Below, piece by piece: positions 50,764 through 59,331 of a stretch of DNA of 64,000 nt. The stretch spans positions 64,001-128,000 of the forward strand of contig JBEPZV010000001.1 in NCBI GenBank assembly GCA_041640655.1, given 5' to 3'. Positions within the stretch are counted from its first letter, which is position 1. The number at the start of each line of letters is the position of its first letter. The stretch comes from a bacterium. GTDB taxonomy: Bacteria; Acidobacteriota; Blastocatellia; HR10. The notes under the pieces are model-generated. The model saw only the letters and a program-made list of their open reading frames with translations. It was not told where the DNA came from and made no database searches. The position numbers and the translations under genes were made by a program.

Positions 50764-52047
50764 ATGATTCGCAGAGTATTCGTGGACGGATATAAGTCGC
50801 TGAAGGACGTGGGTTTGGAATTACAGCCGCTGACCGTTATCGTCGGTCCGAACGCGGCGGGGAAGAGCAATCTCTTTGATGCCCTGCGGCTTGTCAGCCG
50901 CATCGCAACGAGCCGCTCCCTGCAGGATGCCTTCGATGACCATCGGGGCGATCCATTGGAAGCCTTTGATTACAGCGAAAGGGGCATTGCCGGGCTTTTA
51001 GAGCACGAGCGGGCGCAGTTCACCATAGAAGTAGATGTCGAGTTGAGCGATAAAACGGTAGAAGGTGCCGAGCGGCTGATCCAGATGCATCGTGCTTTCG
51101 GTGGACAGGGAAACCATAGGGGCAAGCTTCGGAAAATAACGGAGCGCTTCTTACGTTACCGCATCACCATAGAGATTACTCCGAAGACGGGCGTCTTGCG
51201 TGTTGTGGACGAACGCCTTGAGGCATTGACCCGGACTCCCGAAGGGAAACTGCGCCCCGATGAGAGGCGACGATCATTTCTGGAAAAGGTAGGGGAGCGC
51301 CTCCGATTACGGATGGAGGGACAGGCGCGTCCCACGGAGTACGAGACCGGGCTAAACTACGCCATCATCTCCCAACCGGTTTATCCGCCACACTATCCGC
51401 ATCTGGTCGCCTTCCGGGAAGAGTTGTCCGGGTGGCAGTTTTACTACTTCGAGCCACGCATCATGCGGGAAGAGTCGGCTGTCAAGGAAGTCAACCGATT
51501 GCCTTCTTCCGGTGGGGATCTGGCAGCGTTTTACTATACGCTCAAGCAAAAGAGTCCGCAGCAGTTTGAAAACCTTCAACGCACTCTAAGGTCGCTTGTT
51601 CCGACTGTAGAGGGGATTGACGCCGAGTTGACCAAAGAAGGCAAGGTGCGGCTGAAGGTCAAGGAAAGAGGTGTGGAGTTTTCTGCGAAAGTGGTCTCCG
51701 AGGGAACGCTACGCATCCTGGGGCTGATGGCGATTGTGGGTCCAACCAATCCCGCCACCGTGATTGGCTTTGAGGAGCCAGAAAACGGCGTCCATCCCCG
51801 GCGGCTCAAACTCATCGCCGACTTGCTCCGCAACGCCGCCACACACCGTCAGATCCTCGTCAACACCCACTCACCTCTTTTGCCCGATTATCTGCAGGAC
51901 GCCTACCTTGTGCAGGTCCGCAAGAGGGAGGATGGGCATAGCGAGTTTGTGCCCCTTGCGGAGGCTGGTGGTCTACAGGTAGAGAAAGCGCTGGAGGAAG
52001 AAGTGGTACCTATATCGCAACACATCCTGAGAGGGGATTGGGAATGA
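50764..52047 (+). CDS. AAA_21/ABC-type ATPase
   Basis: GYKSL, GPNAAGKSN, SEGTLR, FEEPENGVHP, NTHSP. Confidence 0.9.
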   Translation: MIRRVFVDGYKSLKDVGLELQPLTVIVGPNAAGKSNLFDALRLVSRIATSRSLQDAFDDHRGDPLEAFDYSERGIAGLLEHERAQFTIEVDVELSDKTVEGAERLIQMHRAFGGQGNHRGKLRKITERFLRYRITIEITPKTGVLRVVDERLEALTRTPEGKLRPDERRRSFLEKVGERLRLRMEGQARPTEYETGLNYAIISQPVYPPHYPHLVAFREELSGWQFYYFEPRIMREESAVKEVNRLPSSGGDLAAFYYTLKQKSPQQFENLQRTLRSLVPTVEGIDAELTKEGKVRLKVKERGVEFSAKVVSEGTLRILGLMAIVGPTNPATVIGFEEPENGVHPRRLKLIADLLRNAATHRQILVNTHSPLLPDYLQDAYLVQVRKREDGHSEFVPLAEAGGLQVEKALEEEVVPISQHILRGDWE

Positions 52048-52637
52048 GCCGCACGCGTCAGGTTGTCTGCTTTTGTGAGGACATCGCTCATGAGAGGTTT
52101 ATTAAGGCTCTCATCCAGCGGGCAGGAGCAGAGAAAAATGTCGCCGTGCAAATCAAAGTGCTCAACGCCACGCACGGAAGTAAGGTGTGGAACGAGTTTC
52201 GGCAATACTTGCGAGAACTCAAGGCAGGAACGGCGTCCCTGCTCGATATTTTGGTCGTGGTGATGGATGGTAACTGCCAAACAGCAGCAAAAGTTCGGAA
52301 AGATATTGAGGAGGAGGTTATGAAGGTGGGCTTGACCATTCCCCATCTCATCTGTGCCGTTCCCGATCCCCATATTGAGCGATGGTACCTGGAAGACCAG
52401 CACGCATTCAAAAAGGTCTTGCCCAAAGTGCAGCCGCGAAAACTCCGCTACAAGTGCGAGCGCGACCGATACAAGAGAGCGCTCGTAGAAGCCATACGAG
52501 CGGCAGATATCGAGCCTCTGCTTGGAGGCGCAGAATACGGGGAAGAGATCGCCCAAGATTTAGACCCGGCCAAGCTTGATCGCTCGTTTCGAGCCTTTTG
52601 GAAAGACCTTGGTGCTGCGTTAGGAGAACACTCGTAA
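52044..52637 (+). CDS. DUF4276/RloB-like TOPRIM-type partner protein
   Basis: FCED..HE, VVVMDGN, VPDPHIERWYL; ATGA coupling to the ATPase. Confidence 0.7.
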   Translation: MSRTRQVVCFCEDIAHERFIKALIQRAGAEKNVAVQIKVLNATHGSKVWNEFRQYLRELKAGTASLLDILVVVMDGNCQTAAKVRKDIEEEVMKVGLTIPHLICAVPDPHIERWYLEDQHAFKKVLPKVQPRKLRYKCERDRYKRALVEAIRAADIEPLLGGAEYGEEIAQDLDPAKLDRSFRAFWKDLGAALGEHS

Positions 52638-52709
52638 ATATGAGCGACGAGAATTTTTCCAACGCAGACTCTGCGAGAAAATGGAGAATTGTATGAGAGG
52701 AGGGAAGCG

Positions 52710-52805
52710 ACGCCCCAGCGCTTTCTGGTTGAAACCGCACTGCCTCTCAAGGGGCTTTCCAAACAGGCCCGGCGTGAGAAGGCCATCCGCCACGGGCATA
52801 TGTCA
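52710..52805 (+). pseudogene. DUF1156-like methyltransferase 5' stub 2
   Basis: GAGGAGG RBS, ACG in place of ATG, PQRFLVETALPLKGLSKQARREKAIRHGHMS. Confidence 0.75.
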
Positions 52806-52836
52806 GGATATACTGTAAAAGTCAGGAGGCTTTAAA

Positions 52837-55572
52837 ATGCAGAAGCGCAGTGCGAGCAAATTTGCCAAAGCTCGCTGGATACGAACAGACCTCCATCTCC
52901 ATTCGCCTGGGATCCATAGCTTTAAATTCCCCCGAGAATGGAGCGATCAACAGCAGGACCAGGTGATTGCAGAGTATATTCAGCAGCTAAAAAACCAGGG
53001 AATCCAAGCGTGTGCCATTACCGATTACCAGCAAATCCGTGAAGAGTGGTTCAACGCCATTCGAAGACAGGCCCACGAGGAGGGGATCTTCGTCTATCCC
53101 GGTGTCGAACTCTCCTTTGGGGGGACGCCCTCCGGAAAATACGGCTTACATGTTCTGGCCATCTTTCCATACGAGATGCAACCTGCTGACATCAACAGAA
53201 CGATCCAGAATCTGGATGACTGCCCAAAAGAGCCGCTGATTGGCACAGATGGAACACACCGGGATATTGTTCCAAAGGGGCGTATAGAAGAATGCCTGAT
53301 TCGTCTCCGTCAGGAAACCGGTTGCATTCTGATTTTCGCCCACTCGAATGATGACAACGGTCTGTTCAAAGCCTATCAATCCCAACAAGCCGCCGAGCTT
53401 CTCCGTCAAGTTCGGCCGGAAGCGGTGGAAAACCTCAGCGACAAGGACCGCGAGCGACTGTTGAGTACGGGCAGGCTGGACGAAGCGCTTTTGCGTCGTA
53501 TTGCCACCATCTACAACAGCGACAACCACAGTATTGACGAAATCGGCACAAAAACCCTGCCCGATGGCACCCGCCGGGCCACCTATCTGAAACTGAGCGC
53601 GCCCGACCAAATTCAGGCCATCCGTCTGGCGCTTCGGGATTGGGAGGTCCTCGTTCGCCTGAGCGAGAAGCCGGAACCCATCCATACCCGCATCGAGACG
53701 CTGGAGGTGGACGGCAAGGGCTTCCTGGGAAACTTCCGTCTGGCTTTCAGCCCCGATCTCAACGTGCTCATTGGCGGCCGTGGCGTGGGGAAATCGGCCG
53801 TGCTGGAGGTGATCCGCTATGTCCTGGACCTTCCGGTGTATGGGCCTGCGGAATACCGGGAGGGCCTGGTTCGATACGCCCTGGGAAGTGGGGGAAAGGC
53901 CATCCTCTTCCTGCACCAGGTGGTAAAACCCGGTGTCGAACGCCGCTATCGGGTGGAACGAGTCTGGGGTGAGAAACCCCGGGTCTTTGAACTCACAGAG
54001 CAGGGCGAACGCCCCATCGAATTGCTCCCTCAGGATCTCTTTACCGAAGCTGACCAGCCTCTCTTCTTCGGTCAGCGGGAGATTTACGAGATCACTCAGT
54101 CCACCCGTCTGCGGCGGAAGCTGCTCGATGACCTCATCGGCCGCCCGGCCCGCGAGCAACTTCGGGAAGTGGAAAAAATCCGCCAGGAACTGCGCCGCAA
54201 TGCCCGGGATCTTCTTGAATACCGCCGTTACGAAGAACGGATGGAGGAGGTGGAAAAACGCCTCAAGGAAATCGAACATGAGATCCGCCTTTACGAATCG
54301 CAGGGTATCGCGGAAAAGCTCAGGGAAGAAACCGCCCTCACCCGCGACGAGGAACGCTTGAAGCGCCTGGAAGAACACCGGCAGCAGTACGAACAAGAAT
54401 GGGAAGAGCTGCGTAGGCGCTGGCGGGAGCGCTGGGAGACCACGCTGGCCGACCTGGCGCAAGCGGCAAGCCGACAGAAGGACCTCATACAGGAAGCAGC
54501 TCAGGCCTTGCAAGAACTACGGAGCGCTTTTGAAACCCTCTTTTCCCAGGGTGAGGAGGCCTTGTATACATTCCGGCAGCAACTGCATTCCTTGCGGCGC
54601 CGCTGGCAGGAATCCCGGCGAGCGCTGGACGAGGAGCTGCGGCAGCTCCGCCAGCAACTGGGAGACACGGCACTGGATCCCGATCGTCTCGCCAAACTCA
54701 CCGCCGAACAAGCACGGTTAAAATACGAGCTCGAGCTGTTTCAGAAAAAGGCCGAGGAGGCGCAAAAGGCTCGCGAGGAACGGAAAGCCCTCCTTCAACG
54801 GCTCCGCGATGCCCAGCGCGAAGCGTTTCGGCTGCGCCAAAAATGGGCGGAACAAATCACCGAGCAAATTAAGGATCGAGTGCGCGTAGAGATCATTTAT
54901 CGTGGCCAGCGGAAAGAATACGCCAACCGCTTGAAGGACTTTTTCAGCGGCTCACGAGTGCCAAGCAAAGACCTGGAAAGCCTGGCTCAAAATGAAAAAA
55001 TACCCGATGGACTGGCGCTGGCGGAGCGTGCCCGCAAGGGCAAAGAGACGCTCTCCCAGGAATCGGGGCTGAGCGAGGCCCGAGCCCAGCAGCTGATTGA
55101 TTTCCTCAATCAGGATGAAAGCCGGTGGTTTGAACTGGAGTTGCTAACGCCGGATGACGAAGTGCGGGTCTCGTTGAAGGTGAACGAACGCTGGGGGATT
55201 CTGGATACACTGTCCGCTGGCCAGCGGGCCACCGCCATGCTCCTCATTCTCCTGACCCAGGCTCCTCGGCCGCTCCTGGTGGACCAGCCCGAGGATGACC
55301 TGGACAACCGCTTTATCTTCGAGGATGTGGTCCAGCTCCTGCGCCGTCAAAAGGACCGCCGCCAGCTGATCATGGCCACCCACAATGCCAACATCCCGGT
55401 GCTCGCCCATGGGGAGCTCATCGTCGCCCTGGAAGCGGAAGCGGAAAGGGCGCGCATCGCCGTTCAGGGAGGATTGGATCGTCCTGATGTGCAAGATATA
55501 GTGCGCCGGGTGATGGAGGGCGGCGAGGAAGCCTTCCGTCGGCGCGCGGAGAAATACGGACTGGAGGTTTAA
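52837..55572 (+). CDS. PHP domain fused to coiled-coil ABC ATPase (Ppl/TrlF-like)
   Basis: DLHLHS, AITDY, GVEL, FAH, NSDNH; GGRGVGKS, long coiled coil, LSAGQR, VDQPEDDLD, ATHN. Confidence 0.85.
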   Translation: MQKRSASKFAKARWIRTDLHLHSPGIHSFKFPREWSDQQQDQVIAEYIQQLKNQGIQACAITDYQQIREEWFNAIRRQAHEEGIFVYPGVELSFGGTPSGKYGLHVLAIFPYEMQPADINRTIQNLDDCPKEPLIGTDGTHRDIVPKGRIEECLIRLRQETGCILIFAHSNDDNGLFKAYQSQQAAELLRQVRPEAVENLSDKDRERLLSTGRLDEALLRRIATIYNSDNHSIDEIGTKTLPDGTRRATYLKLSAPDQIQAIRLALRDWEVLVRLSEKPEPIHTRIETLEVDGKGFLGNFRLAFSPDLNVLIGGRGVGKSAVLEVIRYVLDLPVYGPAEYREGLVRYALGSGGKAILFLHQVVKPGVERRYRVERVWGEKPRVFELTEQGERPIELLPQDLFTEADQPLFFGQREIYEITQSTRLRRKLLDDLIGRPAREQLREVEKIRQELRRNARDLLEYRRYEERMEEVEKRLKEIEHEIRLYESQGIAEKLREETALTRDEERLKRLEEHRQQYEQEWEELRRRWRERWETTLADLAQAASRQKDLIQEAAQALQELRSAFETLFSQGEEALYTFRQQLHSLRRRWQESRRALDEELRQLRQQLGDTALDPDRLAKLTAEQARLKYELELFQKKAEEAQKAREERKALLQRLRDAQREAFRLRQKWAEQITEQIKDRVRVEIIYRGQRKEYANRLKDFFSGSRVPSKDLESLAQNEKIPDGLALAERARKGKETLSQESGLSEARAQQLIDFLNQDESRWFELELLTPDDEVRVSLKVNERWGILDTLSAGQRATAMLLILLTQAPRPLLVDQPEDDLDNRFIFEDVVQLLRRQKDRRQLIMATHNANIPVLAHGELIVALEAEAERARIAVQGGLDRPDVQDIVRRVMEGGEEAFRRRAEKYGLEV

Positions 55573-55575
55573 GCG

Positions 55576-56748
55576 ATGAACGAGCTGGAACTCCTGGAAC
55601 GTATCCAACGAGGAGAAAATCTGCACACAGAATTTAAACGGGAAGATGCGCAGTCCGATGACATCGCCGCCTCCCTGGTGGCCTTCGCTAACACGGACGG
55701 CGGCCAGCTGATCTTCGGCGTGACCGACGATGGACAGATTGTGGGTGTCCCGGATCCCGACCGCCTGATGCAGCGGGTAGACCAGATCGCCTACCAGAAC
55801 TGCGAGCCGCCCATCACCGTGCTTCAGGAAACCGTGCGCACCGGGAGGGGCACCGTGGTGGTGGTTCACATCCCCAAAGGCGACCAGCGTCCCTATCGCA
55901 CGAACCGGGGGGACTTCTTCATCCGCACCAGCTCGGGACGACGTCGTGCTTCCCGTCAGGAACTCCTGCGTCTCTTCCAGTCGGTGGAGAGTCTCTACTA
56001 CGACGAAACCCTCGTGCTAAGGGCGGATCTGGCTGATTTGGATCTGGATCATTTCAAGCGGTTCTTCGCCCGCGCTTACCCTGACCAGGCGCTCTCCGAA
56101 GAGAACCTGCTTCCTGTATTGCAAAACATGAAGCTGGTGGGCCAGCACCAGCACCGCTGGGTCCCCACCGTGGCCAGCCTCCTCTGTTTCGGTAAGGACC
56201 CCCAGCGTTTCCTTCCCGGCGCTGAGATTCGAGCCGCGCGTCTCCCCGGAACCACGCTCGCTGCCGAGCCCGGCGACGCCAAATCCATAGGCGGCAACCT
56301 CTTCGACATGCTGGAGGACGCCATGCGTTTCCTCCACATTCACTTGCCTGTTGTCCATCGAATCCGTGGACTGGAGCCGGAAAGGCATCCCATGATTCCT
56401 GATGAAGCCCTACGGGAGCTTCTGGTGAACGCGCTGGTGCACCGCGACTACACCATTACCGCTCCCGTTCGCGTGTTGCTCTTCGACGATCGACTGGAGA
56501 TCCGCACACCGGGACAGTTGCCGAACACGGTAACCGTGGAGGCTATCCTTCTTGGAGCAGCCCACGTATTGCGGAATCCCACCATCTACCTGATGTTTTA
56601 CCGCGCCGGCTTGGTTACTCACCTCGGAAGCGGCGTCCTGCGGGCCAAACAGGCGCTCGAGCGTAGCGGCAAGAGGCTGCAAATGCAGCAGTCCGAAACG
56701 GAATTCATCTCCACGATTCTCTGGGAACAGGATGGAGGTCTGCCATGA
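55576..56748 (+). CDS. Schlafen AlbA_2 + HATPase_c_4-like protein
   Basis: GENLHTEFK, VAFANTDGGQLIFGV.DDG, ALRELLVNALVHRDY, LEIRTPG, LGSG. Confidence 0.88.
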   Translation: MNELELLERIQRGENLHTEFKREDAQSDDIAASLVAFANTDGGQLIFGVTDDGQIVGVPDPDRLMQRVDQIAYQNCEPPITVLQETVRTGRGTVVVVHIPKGDQRPYRTNRGDFFIRTSSGRRRASRQELLRLFQSVESLYYDETLVLRADLADLDLDHFKRFFARAYPDQALSEENLLPVLQNMKLVGQHQHRWVPTVASLLCFGKDPQRFLPGAEIRAARLPGTTLAAEPGDAKSIGGNLFDMLEDAMRFLHIHLPVVHRIRGLEPERHPMIPDEALRELLVNALVHRDYTITAPVRVLLFDDRLEIRTPGQLPNTVTVEAILLGAAHVLRNPTIYLMFYRAGLVTHLGSGVLRAKQALERSGKRLQMQQSETEFISTILWEQDGGLP

Positions 56749-56784
56749 TAGGTAACATCGAAGCAAAAACGGAGGGCATGAGCC

Positions 56785-57312
56785 ATGGCTTCTGACCGCC
56801 TCCTCATCGAATCCACCCTTCCGCTGCGAGCGCTTTCCGAAGAGGCGCACCATCCAGAACCCGACCGCTCATCTCAAAGCGCAGCCCATTGTGGGTGTGG
56901 TCAAGCTCGTCATCGAGAACCGGCGGGAGGGAGGCCGGCCATAAGCCCAAACCGCCTGCGCGAACTCATCAGGCTGGGAAACAATACTTTCTTGGTTCTG
57001 GGTGGATATGGCGGCGCGGGACTCTCTATTGCCCATTTCCTTCTTCAAGAAACGAATGTCCGGCTAATTCTTGCCGGGCGAAGCCGGGAGAAGGCGGGAG
57101 AGATAGCAGAGCAATTGAATGCTGAATTCCGAGGGGGCAGGGTTCAGTGGCGCTATGCCGATGCTGCCGATGTGCAAAGCCTGACCACTGCGCTTGAGGG
57201 ATCGGATCTGTTGCTTGTTTGCTCTACGACTACGCGGTATGCGGAGCAGATTGCCAGAACTGCGCTCCTGGCTGGCTTGGACTACATGGACATCATTAAC
57301 CAGGAGATATAA
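56785..57312 (+). pseudogene. Chimeric ORF: DUF1156 stub 3, helicase tail (other frame), AlbA_2 start and saccharopine-dehydrogenase-like Rossmann fragment
   Basis: MASDRLLIESTLPLRALSEEA; IQNPTAHLKAQPIVGVVKLVIENRREG; SPNRLRELIRLG; VLGGYGGAG..LAGRS..LDYMDI. Confidence 0.6.
56907..56932 (+). repeat. 26-bp direct repeat, copy 2
   Basis: Identical to 50404-50429. Confidence 0.9.
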
Positions 57313-57315
57313 GCG

Positions 57316-58824
57316 ATGAAAAAGCCATGGTCGAATTTTATCGTTGGGATCATGCTGACGCTGACGGCGTGCAACTTGAATCAAACAGCGTCTCTCCAAT
57401 CGCCGTCGTCTGCGCAGAATCAACCTCATCCCACATTCGTGGAAATTCGAGTGAACGGCGCGCTCCGATATCAAACCTTCGAAGGCTTCGGCGGGACCGT
57501 TACCATCTTTGAGGATGAGGGCATTTACCATCGCCACGATCCCTCGCAACCGGTCAAGACCACGGCAACACAAGCGCAACGGGCGGACATCGCCAAACTG
57601 CTTTTTTCAGATCTCGGTATCACCCGCGCCCGCGTCTTCCCCATCAACCACGAGCCCTCCAACGACAACGCCGATCCATTTACCCTCGAGCCAGCCGCAT
57701 TCGACTGGTACCTCACCGACGCGTTGATTGACTTTGTGAAATTATCGCGCCCCTACGGTTTGAAGAACTGGTGGGCGTCCTTTGCCGTGGACGGCGGTCA
57801 CCAACAGGCATGGCTGCGAAAAGCGGGGAGCCCCTGCGCCCTTGACCCCACCATGATTGACGAAGATGTGGAATGGATCCTGGCAGCCGCCCTGCGCTTC
57901 CGCGACGCGGGACAGGAACTTCCCTATCTCACCATCAACAATGAGCCCGATCTATGCCCGCCCGGCTACAAGATCGAGATTGGCGATTACGTAACGATCG
58001 TCAAACGCCTCGGCGCGCGCCTGCGGGCGGAAGGGCTTTCCACGATGATAGTCGTCTCCGACGGCTGGATACCGCAAAACGCTTTGCTGTACATGCAAGC
58101 CGCGCTCGCCGACCCCGCGGCGCGTCAATATGTCGGCGCGCTCGCGTATCACGCCTATGCGGATGGATACGATGACCCGAACACCTTATTGAACTCATCG
58201 GCGGTGAGCCAGCCTCCTCAAGCCGCCGTTGAAATTCGCCGGAAGATTCGCGAACTCGGCGCGCAATACAACCTGCCGATCTGGATGACCGAAGTCTGTT
58301 ATTGCGTTCCCAGGCCATTCAGCGATTTCGACCTGATCCGCGCCAGGCTCAACCATCTTCACGATGAGTTGACCTATGGGAATGTTGCCGCGTTCGATGT
58401 CATGAATCTCTTTTTTCTCAAGCGCCCCCATGTCAGGGATGAATTGGTGGAAATCAACTTCAACCCGCAGGGTGCGCTCGAAAGTTACGCGATCTCCGCG
58501 TACGGATATTTGCTCGGGCACTACTCCCGCTTCATCGTTCCCGGTTCGACTCGCTTGGACGCCTCCTCCAGTGATCCACGCCTGCGCGTGGTGGCGTTTG
58601 AAAGACCCGATGGAAAAGTTGTCATCGTCGCCATTAACAACAATCCGTACGGTGTCACGGTCAACGTGAATCTGGCAGGCTTGCGTCAAATGCCAACCTC
58701 CATGAGCGTGCTGACCAGCCGCGCAGGGGCAATATGGGAGAGCATCCCCGACATAACCATCAACGGCTCAACCGCTGCTGTTGCGCTATCGCCGCTAAGC
58801 GTGACCACAATAACGGGCAAGTAG
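57316..58824 (+). CDS. GH30-like glycoside hydrolase lipoprotein
   Basis: LTAC lipobox, YQTFEGFGG, NNEP, AYHAY, WMTE, HYSRFIVPG, C-terminal beta sandwich. Confidence 0.82.
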   Translation: MKKPWSNFIVGIMLTLTACNLNQTASLQSPSSAQNQPHPTFVEIRVNGALRYQTFEGFGGTVTIFEDEGIYHRHDPSQPVKTTATQAQRADIAKLLFSDLGITRARVFPINHEPSNDNADPFTLEPAAFDWYLTDALIDFVKLSRPYGLKNWWASFAVDGGHQQAWLRKAGSPCALDPTMIDEDVEWILAAALRFRDAGQELPYLTINNEPDLCPPGYKIEIGDYVTIVKRLGARLRAEGLSTMIVVSDGWIPQNALLYMQAALADPAARQYVGALAYHAYADGYDDPNTLLNSSAVSQPPQAAVEIRRKIRELGAQYNLPIWMTEVCYCVPRPFSDFDLIRARLNHLHDELTYGNVAAFDVMNLFFLKRPHVRDELVEINFNPQGALESYAISAYGYLLGHYSRFIVPGSTRLDASSSDPRLRVVAFERPDGKVVIVAINNNPYGVTVNVNLAGLRQMPTSMSVLTSRAGAIWESIPDITINGSTAAVALSPLSVTTITGK

Positions 58825-59103
58825 GTTCAATAAATGGCGAAAAACGATTCACCGCTCATATATCTTGCGGCAGGAATCTGCCCCAGGAGGGATTGCGGGC
58901 TGCTCGGGGTGGTTTGCCTGCGGTGGAGCGTGCGCGAGGCAGCGCGGGTCGGCTGTATCGGCTTGCATGGCAGGCGATTGAGCGGTCATTGAATCTTGCC
59001 TGTAAGTTTGTGATAGTGTCGGTGAGTGGTATGGTCATGGCGCTTTGCAAGCAGAGAGAAGGGCGTCTTTGGGGCAGGGAGTCCTGCTCCAGCCTGCGAT
59101 TGC

Positions 59104-59229
59104 GCCCAACACCGTTTGCAGCGGACAGCGGCTTCGCCGCTGAGGGTATGCGCCGCGAGCCAGCCGAGCCGTTTTTGAGCGCAGGAATCTTGCCAGCCCC
59201 GCCGCTGCCGCTAAAACCAACCGTTAGCC
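59104..59229 (+). other. Integron attC-like recombination site
   Basis: GCCCAAC (RYYYAAC) ... GTTAGCC; inner arms TTGCAGCGGACAGCGGC and GCCGCTGCCGCTAAA pair with extrahelical bases; 126 bp. Confidence 0.7.
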
Positions 59230-59331
59230 TGCTTATCACAATCATAGTGGCTTGTTACCTGCTCGTAGCGGGCAAGAGGCGAATAATGAGCGGTGCCGCC
59301 CATCAACATATTAGCGAGAGGAGGAGTGACG

